NCBI GenBank assembly: GCA_965287045.1 | Contig: OZ336885.1 | Span: 64,294,001-64,358,000, forward strand | Direction: 5' to 3' | Source of the DNA: Carcharhinus amblyrhynchos | Lineage: Eukaryota | DNA length: 64,000 nt | Part shown: positions 25,906-38,758 of the stretch, in pieces | Layout: each line of letters opens with the position of its first letter | How positions within the stretch are numbered: the stretch's first letter is position 1 | Program-made: the position numbers and the translations under genes | Notes under the pieces: model-generated | Told to the model about the DNA's origin: nothing | The model's input: only the letters and a program-made list of their open reading frames with translations | The model's database searches: none

Positions 25906-26686
25906 CTGCTGTCAGATTTGGCCTATTCTCCCATGCTAATTTAGGAAGGCAGTAATGCATATGAACCTACATATTAGAATTTCAGTGTTCGCCCTCCGTC
26001 TTGTCTCGCCCTCCGTACAGCTGGTCAGCTGAAAGCAGTGATCATGATGCTTAACGTGGTGCACATAACTGAATAAATAATGACTCACCTTGTGTTTTAA
26101 TGCAGAGAAGAATGCAAATAGTTATTGTTACCTATGAAACGCAATTCTGGATTGGTGAGATATCAGGATGGAATTTGTGAATATCGAAGTGCTTCAGGGC
26201 TGACGAGGTACTCCAGGACAACAATAATTAGATAGTGGCAAATGTTATATCAGGTAAAATTGCAGTTAGCGCGTGTTTGAAGGTGTATGTGAAAAATAAA
26301 TCATTGAATTCTGCAGCACAGGAAATAATAAAAAAAAGGTTGGGTTTAGGAAACTGGGTTTAAACAGGACAGCTGAGTCTCCTCGGCTGGTCTGGATAAG
26401 ATACTACAAGTGGTCGCCTTATGTGCTGCATTTTTTTCTGTGGTTCTAGACTCCTGTGCAAGTTCAGAAAGCACTGTCTAAGGAAACTGCACATGGCGTT
26501 TAATCCTATGTAGCAACTGCCTAATCGCAATTAATGTTGTGTTCAAATGAAGAGAGCTCGGCGTATGCCACAAACTGTAACAGCATCAGTTTTGCTTCGG
26601 CTATTACTTTAACGAATGAATAGTCGAATTAATTTCAAAACTGGACGTCTAAAGTTATATACGTGGATTATGTTATTATAGCTTAC

Positions 26687-26698
26687 CTACAGATCTAA
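26687..26698 (-). CDS. Candidate 12-nt micro-exon (phase 1-1): (V)RSV
   Basis: ttatgtctcag|ttagatctgtag|gtaagc. Strong donor, 111 nt downstream of the 26810 exon. Confidence 0.35.
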   Translation of the reverse strand, partial: LDL

Positions 26699-26809
26699 CT
26701 GAGACATAATTTCAAAAGGCAATGTGTTTCAGAAGAGAATTCTGTTTTTTTTAATCAAACAATTCCTTGTCTGTTCTGGATTCTATTCGTGCATTTTACC
26801 TTTCCTTAC

Positions 26810-26836
26810 CTTTTTTGCTTTCAGCGCACTTTGCAA
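26810..26836 (-). CDS. Micro-exon (27 nt, phase 1-1): (V)AKCAESKK
   Basis: attctttgcatcatag|ttgcaaagtgcgctgaaagcaaaaaag|gtaagg. Confidence 0.7.
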
Positions 26837-27616
26837 CTATGATGCAAAGAATATTTATTTTAACTTGCATCAAATCTTTCAAATTGTACTTGAGAGTAAC
26901 AAGAGCAAAAATAACATTAACTTTACTTAAGAGCCGTCATTAGTTTTTTTTAACCCCAAGTGATTTGAGGTATTTAGATTTTTATTTGTTTTCTTGCATT
27001 ACCGAACAACCGCCACAAAAATCTGACCGAAACATCAGTTTATTTTTATCGAGAAACGTATGCACACCTCGAATTATGAGCGGAGATAGCCCGTATTAAT
27101 ACCTAAAGGAGATAATTTTATTGGAATGATGCCCAGGCAACCAAAGCCTGACAACTTGCAGCAAAGGGAATTACGCATCCGAAAAGGGCGTAATTGGATT
27201 AATGCACTCAACGCGTACGGCTCTGGGGTGCAAGGATCCTGCAGAAGAAAAATGCAACTTGGACTCCAGCAAAATGTGAAGATCCAGATAATGATTTTTT
27301 TACAATATAATCTCCAGTTGTGTCTTCATGTCTTCACTCATGGTTGAAGTGTTTCGCTAAGTAAGTACCGAAAAAAAAGTGTACATAGAGAATGTTGTGC
27401 GAGTGGAATAAACACAAAACGGGAGGGATTGGTGATGTCGAAAATTGCAAATAAAAACCAAGCATGCAACTGACCCGTTATGTAAAAGGGAATATTACTA
27501 TATGGGCAAACATTAATAAAACATTTTGAGGTGCAAAACTGTGCACATTCGTTTAATTCGTTGACAGTAAAGTTCCGATTATTATTATGTTTTAAAACTT
27601 GTATTTTCTTACTCAC

Positions 27617-27640
27617 CCTTTTCTTTCAGATCAAGTATTT
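27617..27640 (-). CDS. Micro-exon (24 nt, phase 1-1): (K/E)ILDLKEK
   Basis: aatattattttacag|aaatacttgatctgaaagaaaagg|gtgagt. Only phase 1 is open. Confidence 0.7.
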
Positions 27641-28149
27641 CTGTAAAATAATATTAATTTAATCAATTTAATGCATTCGGACTCAGGAAGCTAACGTCTG
27701 CAGGAAATCATAAACTGCAGATTCCATGGTGACACTTGCAATTCAGTGGCGGGGGTGGGGGGGGTGGGGGTGGGGGGCTTATTGCATTAGCAGAAATTGA
27801 TAACAATGTATATAGATTTAGCTGGTCGATTACGTATTGAGAAATTTCCTGGAAATTGGGACATGAAACTCAGAAGAACATGAAAGACCATGCAGTATTA
27901 TAATCATATATATTTTATTTTGACGGAAAATAACAGTTCATCATCAGGCGGATTGTAGCCCCTTATCCTGGGATCTTGATAAGAGAGAATAAACTCAAGA
28001 AAAAATCGGAATTGGAGCGAAAAGAAACAGCAATAATATACTGCCAGAGCAAGGGGTTTGCGTGTTCTATTCAGATCGCATTTTGGGCAGCCCCACATTT
28101 CATTGGCTTTAATATTCCAACATGAATAATTTGTTTTACTTTCTCTCGG

Positions 28150-31140
28150 GTGGGAATCAATGCAGTAGGGAGACAGAACAGAAGGTTGAGGTCAGCAGAG
28201 AAGTTAGAAAAGAGTACATTAAATAGTAAATACCGTTGCTGTAATCCAAGTGCTAGACAGATCAGGCAAAAGCAAGACAGCCAGGAAGGGAGGTCAAACC
28301 TTAATTATATGCCCCTCAATGCAAGAGATCTGACATGCAAGGCAGAAGGACAAAGGGCATGGATGGGTGCATGGGATTGGGATATTATAGCAATTACTGA
28401 AACATGGCTAAGGGAAGGACAGAATTGCAAACTCATTGCTCCAGGGTACAGATGCCAAAGGAAAGATGCAGCAGGAGAAAGACGGGAGTGGGAGTTGCAT
28501 TTTTAATTAAGGAAAGCATTAAGACAGTATTGAGAGCCGACGTATCCAAGAGTTGACCCATTGAGTCCATTGAGTTGAACCGAGAAATAATAGTCATATA
28601 GTCGACACGAAATTGAAGAGCAAATATGTAAGGAGATTACAGAGAATTCCACGAATAGTAGAGTGGCAATATTAGGCGGATTTAACTTTCCTAACATTGA
28701 CTGGTATAGTCATAGAATGAGAGACTTGGATGAAGAGAAATTCAGTGAGTGTATTCAGCAGGGAGTTTTCATTCTGGATGTGGATGGCAAGACTAGAGAA
28801 AGGGCAAAACTTGGCCCCTTTTTGAAAAACAGGAAGGGCTCATGACAGAAGTGTTTGTGAGGGATCGTTTTGAGACAAGTGAACACAATTACATTAGTTT
28901 TAAGATAGCTACGTAGAATGAATATTCTGGCCCATAAGTTAAATTTCTAAATTGGGGCAAGGCCAATTTTGATGATATCAAGCAGATTAATGTTCAAGAT
29001 TAATAGGTGGAGTCTGTGGGAAAGCAAAGGGATGTCTGGTAAGCGGGATGTTTTTTAAAAGTGTGCTAACCAGGTTTCAACGTAAGCACTTTTTTTTCCC
29101 CCTTAGCATGAAGGGAAAGGCTGGTAGTTTTTTAGGAGATTCAGTCCGTCGTAAAGAAGTAGGAGGAGCCACATGAAATGCATTGGCCGTTGGGATCAAG
29201 TGGATCTCTTGAAGATTATAGAGGTTGTCAGAGCAGAGTTACAAGAGAAATAGGGACGGCAAAAATCGGACACAAGATTGTTTTGCCGGATAAGGCAAAG
29301 GTGAATCCAATGAGATTCTAAAGATATGCTAAGGGCAATAAAGTAACTACAGAAAGAGTAGGAACTCGTAAGTATGAGCACATGTGGATTCACAAGACAT
29401 GGCTGAGATTCTTTTTTTTTTCCCTGTCGTTAGTTTTCAGTCTTGAGGAAAAGTGGTGATGCCTTGAGATATGTACATGTAATAGTGAAAGAAATACTGG
29501 AAGTCTTGAAGCGTATCACGGCGGTCAGATCCCCGGGACCTGATTAAATATATCCCAAAAAACTGTGGGAGGCTAGGGAAAAAAATGCCTATCTATTTTA
29601 TAGATCATGTTTTATCAATGTTTGCCCATATCATAAAGACCAAGCAGAGATAGTGGAATCATCGATTTTCACAGGTGTAGTGCCTGACGATTGGAGGGTG
29701 GCAAATGCTGTGCCTTTGCTTAAGAACAGGTGCAGGGAAAAGCCTGGAGACTACAGGCCGTTCAGCCTCACATCTGTAAGCGGTAATTTGTTAGAAGGCA
29801 TTTTGAGAGGCAGGGTCTACAGGAATTTAGAAAGGCAAGGGAAGATTAGCAACAGTGAAAATGGGTTAGTGAGTAGAAAATCATATCTCATAACTTTGAT
29901 TTTTTTGCAGGGATAGCCAGGAAGATAGACGAGGGTCATGCAGTTGATTTTGTCTGCATGCGCTTTGGCATGGCCTTTGACAAGGTTCCACATGGTAGGT
30001 TGTTGCCTAATGTTAAATCTCATGGGACCCAGGGTGAGGTAGTCAAATGAATACAAAGTTGGCTTGGTGACGGAAGACAGGTTGGTTGTCGAGTGTTGTC
30101 TTTCAAACTGGTGGTCTTTAACCAGTGGTGTGCCTCAGGGTTAGGTGTTGGGTTCACTGTTATGTTGAGCTATAATAATTATTTAGATGATAATTTAGTT
30201 GGTTTGTAAGTTTGCAGATGACACCAAGAGTTGTAGCATAGTGGACAATGAAGCAAGTTATCTCAGATACAAATGGATATTGGTCAATTGGGCCAGTGGG
30301 CTGACAAATGACAGATGGAATTTAATTTAGAAAGATCCAAGGTGATACATTTTGGTCGATCGAATCAGGACAGGACTAATTCAGTTAATGGTAGAGCATT
30401 TGGGACAGTGATGGAACAAAGAGGTTTCGGGGTACAGGTTCATAGCTCCTTAAAAGTTGAGTCACAGTGGACAGGGTGATGAAGACGGTTTTCAGCATGC
30501 TTGTGTTCATTGGCCAGAACTGTGAATACCGGAATTGGGACGTCTTGTTGAAGTTCTATAAGGCATTAGTAAGGCCACACTTGGAATACCGTGTACAGTT
30601 CCGGCCACCCTATCATAGAAAGTGTATTACTAAATTGGAAAGAATTATGAAACGACTTACTAGAATGCTACCAGGGCTTGTTGGTTTGACTTATATGGAG
30701 AGGCTCCGTAGACTGGATTTTTTTTTTTCTCTGGAGTTTGGGTAGCTTAGGGGTGATCTCATAGAGATCCGCAAAAAAAAAATGAGGGCCATAGATCAGC
30801 GAGATAATTAATATATGTTCCCAAAGGAAGGGGATTTTAAAACCATCGGGTATAGATTTAAAGTAAGTGCGGAGAGATGCAAAAGGATCTAGAGGGGCAG
30901 TTCTTAAACACAGAGGATGGTGTGTGTCTGGAACCATCTTACAGAGGCTAAGGGTAGAGGCATTTTAAACTTGGACTTTCAAAAATCGTGTGGACAGCTG
31001 TACGGTCGGATGGCTACAGAGGTATATGGGCCAAACAGGGACAACTAGGGCGAGCTTACGAGTTATGAAAAGGGACGGCATTGACAAATTATGCTGAAGG
31101 GTCTGTTTGCATGCTGTACACTTCTCTGAATCTCTGACTC
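28150..31140 (+). mobile_element. CR1 LINE, near-complete degenerate ORF2 (endonuclease plus RT) and 3' tail
   Basis: WDIIAITETWL, GGFNFPNIDW, VPDDWRVANAVPL, KFADDTK and LVRPHLEY motifs with many stops. Confidence 0.92.
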
Positions 31141-33239
31141 TCATAGAGGTAGTTTCTGTGAGGAATGCTGTGCAGTAGAATTTGCAAACTGAATGGAACA
31201 GTATTAGAGAAGAAATGCCCCTCTATGTCATCGAATGTGTGAGGTTTCCTTTGAACTCGTCCCTATGCCGAGCATTATCTGCAATAATGATAGATCGTCT
31301 GGGTGCAGACATATCGCTTATTTTAGGCATGCGAGTTGATTGACATTCTTCTTCCACTGGGATTTCAATTATCATGACCAGATATGGTGAGCTCACTTTA
31401 TGAGATAACAACTCTGACATGTCATTCCATATGTGACATCTTGAGAACCACATTTTCAAGCTACCTCGTTGTCCCTAAAACTGCGCTGATTTCACTTAAC
31501 TGCTCCGCACCATCGAGATTTGACTAGCAGAGTCCAAACAATCTCAATACACTCCTAACCGGGTAGATCTTGATCTCCCTCTTACACCGGCCTGGCAATT
31601 CCTGACTCCTACATATCTGCAAACAATCCGGAGAGCCGACATTACATTAACATACCGGCGAACCTCACCTTGTTCCCACTGCCACATCTCGAAGTATACA
31701 AAAATACCCACGAAATGACCACCCATCCAGATGCCAAGACATTTTATCCAGGCATCACTACACTTTCCCACAAGAAAGACAAACAAAACTGTACTCTCCA
31801 GCTCCATTTACAGATACCTTATGTGGAGGAATCGCCATAGAGATAATATTATTCGCAACTAAGTCTACACCCGGCTGCCCTGCTGCCAAACGAACATCTC
31901 GCGAAATGTTAGCCTTCACAGCTACCAACACCTCATTAAGCATCCTGTCTAAACAGCTCCGATCCAAACTATTATATACAATGCTGCCATGTTAATGATT
32001 TATTCCAATTCCCAGTTTAAATGCTATCCAATTTAAAGCATACCCCTGTGTTACACAAGTAGCGGCTGGCTTACAAACGTACATCTCTGTCGAATTGGCG
32101 CTCTACACAGATTTTCCTCTGTAAATATGCAACGTGCCTTCAGCCATTCGATCCCATTTTAACATTATCAGTTGCAATACAACACACATTGTCGATGATC
32201 AAACTGGCACATGACTTAGCTTTCACTCTACCCAGCCGACAAATATCATGCTAACTGGCATGTCAACTCAAACAACTGCTATGGTGCCCAATTGCCATAC
32301 ATCCACCCATCAATATATTGATATTTCCAATTTCAATTTTAGCAAGACGCACATTTTCATCTATCCGATGTTTCCAGCCATGAGCCTATTATTAGCTTCT
32401 TGTACTGTTTCCATTACAAATATGTTCAATCATAAATGAATGCTAGTTCATGAGCACACCATGTTAGCACCAGCCATGCTGCGCTGTAGCTACCGTAAAC
32501 ATATGGCAGCCGTTACATATTAATCTTAATCTTCCCTATTTACCACACTTTGCACTTTGCCTGATATAAAACTATAAACCTACGCGTCTTTGATGCAATT
32601 CTAGCTAATGATATACACATATACTACCCTGCAATTCTTTGAAAATAATACAAATGTACAAACTGTGTACTTCTTCATATATGCCCACACATGAAATACA
32701 CAGAAGTTTCTAAATCAGCCACTCACTCAGCAATTAGTGAAACATATATTTGCTATTGCGATATCTCGCTATTTGATAGTCCTGAGTCTATAATAAGAAA
32801 ATAGCAACTTGCCAGAGGCAATCTAATGTCCTAAAAATTGGAAAATGCGCGACACTTCACAGTCCCATATTGAAATGCAATATTTGAAAAGAATGCACAT
32901 CCATACTTGAGAACAATCAGGACAGGAGAATATCGAATAAAATCACCGTTTCCTGGAACTGCAACATACTAACTGACTATTAAAAACTTTGATCATTTAA
33001 GAACTCGAAACGACATTGTATTAATGTTGTGTTGCCACCTTAACAAAAGTGGGCACCAAACCTCTTGCTGAAGGAAAATAACTTAAGCCATCCCTCATTT
33101 TTGCCAGTAATGATAAAGAATGCCTTTTCCCAACCATCAACTTAAATAAAAATAAGTCGTATGCCTAAAAATAGTGCAGATAGGATTCTTTTAATAATGT
33201 CAAGAGTTTTTTAGATAGGCGTTTCATCTCCTGGTGATG

Positions 33240-33530
33240 AAATAAGCACTTGCTTTTTGTTCAGGCCCAACAGGAGGCTGACATTTATAATGTAATGACG
33301 TTATTGTAAAAATCCGCTAATCACCACACGTTGGCGCCTTTCGCGTGTACTAATGAATAATTCAGCATTGTAAATACACCTAATTTAGGAATCAGAACAG
33401 CCTGAGGAATCCGGAACAAACTGGGAGAACGATTGATCTGCAGAGGCAGTGGCCAAAGCCTGAAATGGAATGCTAGGTTTTGGAGCCGTGAGCTGACATT
33501 GCTAAAAAGTGTGACGGAGTGCCACTGGCG
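33240..33530 (-). mobile_element. HE1-type SINE, highly degenerate
   Basis: cagtggccaaagcctgaaatggaa...gagccgtgagctgacattgctaa resembles the reverse-complement SINE head. Confidence 0.5.
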
Positions 33531-35989
33531 CTAAAGCCATTAGAAAGCAATGTTTCATTCCGATGTGCCAATGTTTGGCTAGTGAAACACTAATCTCGTG
33601 TCATGATGATGATTATCCTTATTATTATTAATGTGAAGTGCTTCTTTGTGACAAACCTAAATTCAAGACCTTGTTTGAGTTGTCAAGTGTACTGAAGTTA
33701 TCATTTGAATTATATAAAAAAAAAGTAGCTTTCCTCCACATTGCCATATATACGAATGCACACCCACAGGACTAAACACATAATGTTGCTGTTATCAAAC
33801 TGTCCTTTATGCAGGAGGGTATTTCTGTGCTTGCTGCCATGACTCTGTGAGATTTGAAAAAATGCTGCCACAAATCGAGCAAGATGTTTCCAACTGTTGA
33901 CAACTTGAAAACACCCGGAACTACAGATAATTTGCAAAATCTGTTGGACTGTTTAACATATTCTGCGAGTACTTCGAGATCAATTAATATGGGTTAAAAA
34001 AATGTTGCAACGTAGTTGATGCCAGACCGTTGCGGTAATATTCTCTATGATCTGGATATCCCCAAGTTGTTGTCTGTTAATAGGGCAACACATAAGAAGG
34101 AAACCATGGATTCTGAAGGAATTGTGCGTTGTAAAATGCATGATACTTTGGAATTATGCCGTTTATTAAATAACATAATACATCTTATTTAAAAACAAAT
34201 GTCCTGCGATCGTGTGAGCTATTTGATTTCCGGTTGCTGAATTCAATTCTCCAATCATTGCGAACGTCAATGTATTTTACAGTTACATCCAAAAGATGAA
34301 TACAATAAGGTTTTTTTTTATTTGCAGGAAAATTTGAACTCCGTTGATGTCGGGGGAACAATGACTGACCTTTCTCTTTCACAAACATGGTTTTCACTTT
34401 GAAAATAAGATAGCATTCAATCAATTACTCAAGGAAACAATCATGACATTCCCGGTTAAATATGCAGTTACAATACAAAACAAACCAACTTAAACTGTAC
34501 CTCAATGTACACACTAAACATTAATTAAAATGGTCTGTGCATGCTTTAAAAGAAACAGGCAGTGATCCAATGCAACTATACAAAATACTGCAACTTATAA
34601 CATTAAATAAATCTCAACAATGTGCTGATAAAATTACTTATGGTTGCAAGGGAACATTGCATTTTAAAGAAACTCCATGTCTGAAAGTTTGTATTAGTTA
34701 ATGGAACTTAAAATATGCGCACTTCAACCATACCAGTTAAAAAAAGATGGCAGCCTGTGCGATCAGCAAATTAGTAATGCTACTACAATTTCCTTCACTA
34801 TGCTCCATTTTTGCCCATCTTCTATGGAACTGCATAGTCGTGTTCAAGGTTGCAATTGAATAAGACCAAATATGTAGAAATATACCTCTCTTCTTTTACA
34901 GCTGGACTTACTTCTCTGCCAATCCAATGTTTTACTCGACGAAATGTATTGCAAGCCTTATGTTCGCCCGTTCCCTTTGCCAGCTTCTTCTTCAACATTA
35001 AGTAGAATATATTTTTGATTCCAGTTTTGGTGACAGATCATCGAACAACAATGTTAGCTCGTTTTCTCCTCCCAAGTATGCTATGACATATTTCATGCTC
35101 GTAATGCTAAGTTGCAACAATCCATAATTTGCTGAATTCCTGACTACAAACGGCTGTATTGGATTTCTCTGACATGGGGTTCCAAAGCTTTACTCGGTGA
35201 ATTACATTTTGTAAAACACTCCTGTGTTTTCGTTCACTTTTTTACTCAGTCAATGCAAAGTTACAATTAATGTGCCACCACCAAGAAATTCCAAATGACA
35301 GAACCTTTTATTCGTTACCAGGTTTTATTTGTTCATTCATACTCGAGACGAAGGAATGTGTTTCAGCTTAACGTTGGGAATCTCTCATCATTGTCTTCAT
35401 TCCATTAACCAGTCTCAGTTTACTGGACATGGTCTCTGATCCTTTTTTCATCGTTGAGGCAAAAGCAAAATACAAAAAAAAACAACTATGGGACATAATG
35501 TGAACATTCGTGGTACGTCCTACGAAACCGGACCCCCTTCAACATTTCCAAATGCACCCTGAACCGTATTTTCCGCTGCAATCAGAGTTAGATCTTGCTT
35601 GTCTGCATCTTTCCATAAGCCAAGATGCCGGTAAGCCTCCGATTATTCAGACCCCATAAAGAATTATAGCGTTCACCCTTCTGCGCTTCAGTGCATGTTC
35701 CGGTGTATCACTTCTAAATTCTCCCTCAAAATATACCACGATGTACTGTGCACGAATTCTTTGCAGGTCGACTTGTCTTCCCAATTTTTTCACAACATTT
35801 CAAATGCTTCTCAGAGTTCTGCAGTTTGATTCGTTTTCTTTTTTAGCAAAGACGTGACAAACCTCCACATGCGAGTGTATAGTTAGTGAAACATATTTAT
35901 TTAAAATAATGTTGTTGTGCTGAACATTGTTTGGACATTGCTCCAACTTTGGGAGCATGAATTCGAAAACTAAATGTTGGTGTTGAACA

Positions 35990-36075
35990 TTGATGATGAA
36001 GGAACATGCTTCCAAAACTCGTGATTCAAAATAAATACAATGGAATTTAACCTGGTATTGTGCGAATTATTAATG
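35990..36075 (+). mobile_element. Penelope-derived short element, dead hammerhead core
   Basis: atgatgaaggaacatgcttccaaaactcgtg...aaataaa...tttaacctggtattgtg. Confidence 0.6.
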
Positions 36076-36175
36076 TTGAATACTGTTAAAGTCGAACCGA
36101 ATCCCGACAACAAATGTCCAATAAAGGCATGCGTTTCAGGTGTTCCAATGCTACGTTATATTTAGCACTACTTAC

Positions 36176-36202
36176 TTGTATTTTCTAGAAGTTCTTGAAG
36201 TT
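36176..36202 (-). CDS. Micro-exon (27 nt, phase 1-1): (E)LQELLENT
   Basis: gattgtttttag|aacttcaagaacttctagaaaatacaa|gtaagt. Confidence 0.65.
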
Positions 36203-36659
36203 CTAAAAACAATCACGCAAACATGGTTTGTCAATACAATCAGGCAAAAACATTAATTATCGCTTTGTATTGAACTGTAATTTGTGCACAACCCCTTTAA
36301 GCTAGGAGGCAGAAAATATTTGAAATGGTGGAATATACTACAATGGAGAAGCGAATTCATCTCACAGTGCCAAAAAAAACACATATTCAAAGAAACATTT
36401 GGTCGGATTTTGCATAGATTTCTTCTTCAAACTACAGCTAATCTTGCAAGATTGTACAATCGGTATACAAACAGACGTACCTCCAAATGTTGTTTTCTTT
36501 TATTTATTATTCTTGTATGTTGCACAGAAGTTTATATGTGAAGATAGATGTTTGAACGTTCCAAAAAATGGTCAGGCGAAGAAAGTTAACACAGTATAGA
36601 AAATAAACAAAATTACAGAAGCAAAATCCGACAGACGACTACAGAGGTGTATGGCTAAG

Positions 36660-37080
36660 CAGATAGAGAAATATTTTAGAAATATAGGGAGGCAGAGGGA
36701 AGGAAAAAATGATGGAAAGAAAGATCATTAGAAAGATAGAAAGTCAGATGGACAGACAAACAGAGNNNNNNNNNNNNNNNNNNNNNNNNNNNNNNNNNNN
36801 NNNNNNNNNNNNNNNNNNNNNNNNNNNNNNNNNNNNNNNNNNNNNNNNNNNNNNNNNNNNNNNNNNNNNNNNNNNNNNNNNNNNNNNNNNNNNNNNNNNN
36901 NNNNNNNNNNNNNNNNNNNNNNNNNNNNNNNNNNNNNNNNNNNNNNNNNNNNNNNNNNNNGTCTGGCTCGCTGAGTAAATAAGAAGAGAGATGGATATAT
37001 GAATGTATGCGCGGATTGTTGGAACAACGTTTGGATGTACGGATGGTATGATGGATCAATGAATGAATAGTTCGTCGTAG
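36660..37080. repeat. Degenerate GATA/GACA/GATG-type tandem repeat containing an N run (36766-36960)
   Basis: agatagaaagtcagatggacagacaaacagag...atggatatatgaatgtatg...atggatcaatgaatgaatag. Confidence 0.55.
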
Positions 37081-38247
37081 TTTATGTGTGTTTGTAGATG
37101 GCACTGTCTTAACCATTTGCCTAAATAAATTAAAACAATGAATTTATTTCTTATATCACACCTTTCAAAACGTACTTTGCCTTTGGCATTTGCGAGATAA
37201 AGTTACCAAATGTTGAAATCATGGCATGGGACGTGGAAAATGTTATAACTTTCTTCTGGAGAAAAACGTAGTTATCGTCATTGATGATATGCTTAGCTAT
37301 GACACTGCGCCAGAGATTAAAGTGTTTTCACGTGGTTTTGCTGTTTGATTGGGAAATAATTTAAGGAAATATTTCCGGTTGTTCATTGAACAGGTCATCA
37401 GTCATCTATAGCATGTTTATTGCTGCGAGGATTGAAACATTTCAAGTGTTCAAAGTAAAATCCCATTTACGCGTGTGCTTAAAATACGTGGGCAGAAAAC
37501 ATAAATGAAAGGAAATAAATGGAATTGATGAACTCCGAAGTTTATTTCAGCGCATTAATGTGCTAATTGACCTTTAACAAACTCATGGTGATAAAAACTT
37601 TTGCCGCTGTTAAGGGTTCCACCGTTTTGAAATGTCACCTAAATGAAAATCCCAGAAAGGAAACCTGGAAAACCAGCTCGTATCTCGTTGTTTTTCAATT
37701 TGATAACATATGCAGAAAGTAACAAAATATTTAACAGTTCGACAAATCTTTTGTAATTTCTTTTCAACCAATAAAAGATTAAACTATAATCGTGGTCAAG
37801 AAGGGCAACACTAGGGAATAAATAACCTGAACTACATTAATTGTGCAAGCATGATAGTGAAAAAAAAGTTACAAGTTGTTTTTTCTTAAACTGTGTGACC
37901 ATAACTCGTCAATAAAATTTCCTATCGATCGAACCATATGAATAGAATTCTGCCATAAATTCCAAGCGCAGATTGTAGAGTTATATTTTACAATTTTCTG
38001 CTGGTTTACAGTGACAAACAAGCCGATTTTCAACTGCAGTCTGCATTAATTGTTCTAGCTTTTAATTTGTTTTTTTATATTAAAAAATCCATCAGACCTT
38101 ATCGACGAACAACTCTGCCACTGTTATACCGCTAATTCGTTTGATTTTGTCTCGTCACAATACCTTTCCTAGGAAATTGTTCGCAGTAAGGTTTTGGCCG
38201 AGCTGATCCCTTCTAGGAGGTGAGAGTGACTTCTCTGGAAAACATAT

Positions 38248-38394
38248 NNNNNNNNNNNNNNNNNNNNNNNNNNNNNNNNNNNNNNNNNNNNNNNNNNNNN
38301 NNNNNNNNNNNNNNNNNNNNNNNNNNNNNNNNNNNNNNNNNNNNNNNNNNNNNNNNNNNNNNNNNNNNNNNNNNNNNNNNNNNNNNNNNNNNNN
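38248..38394. other. N run (assembly gap or masked sequence)
   Basis: Run of N directly visible. Confidence 0.95.
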
Positions 38395-38722
38395 TGATGA
38401 ACATATGTTTATCCTGTAATAAAGTAATCCGAATATCAACACATCCAAGGCAGCAGAATCTGTAGCTGTTTCCCCTTTTCAACTTAACAATCGTTTTGCT
38501 TTTATTTTCTCCAGGCTTCATAACGACTTGCGATTCATGAGGACTCATATCCTTTGGGAGTGCCAAATGGCAAACCTTTTGATTGCTTGCTGATGAGGCA
38601 ATTGTGCGTTGTCCACACCGCTCGTTAGATTTTGCTACCATTAACATTGTGAGATCAATGGCCTGCATGGTGGCCATGCAGGAATTATAATACAAAATGT
38701 TACAAACGATGGGTGTCATTAC

Positions 38723-38758
38723 CTTCCATGGTTTTGCAGCAGGCGGTCGGATCCAAAG
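38723..38758 (-). CDS. Candidate micro-exon (36 nt, phase 1-1): (A)LDPTACCKTME
   Basis: ctttgttttcaaag|ctttggatcc...ccatggaag|gtaatg. AAG acceptor; all three frames are open. Confidence 0.4.

Noticed and set aside
26089-26131. 43-nt minus-strand exon candidate reading VTITICILLCIKTQ (signal-peptide-like)
   Set aside because: That reading needs phase 0, whereas neighbouring exons end in phase 1, where it contains a stop. No compensating exon was found.
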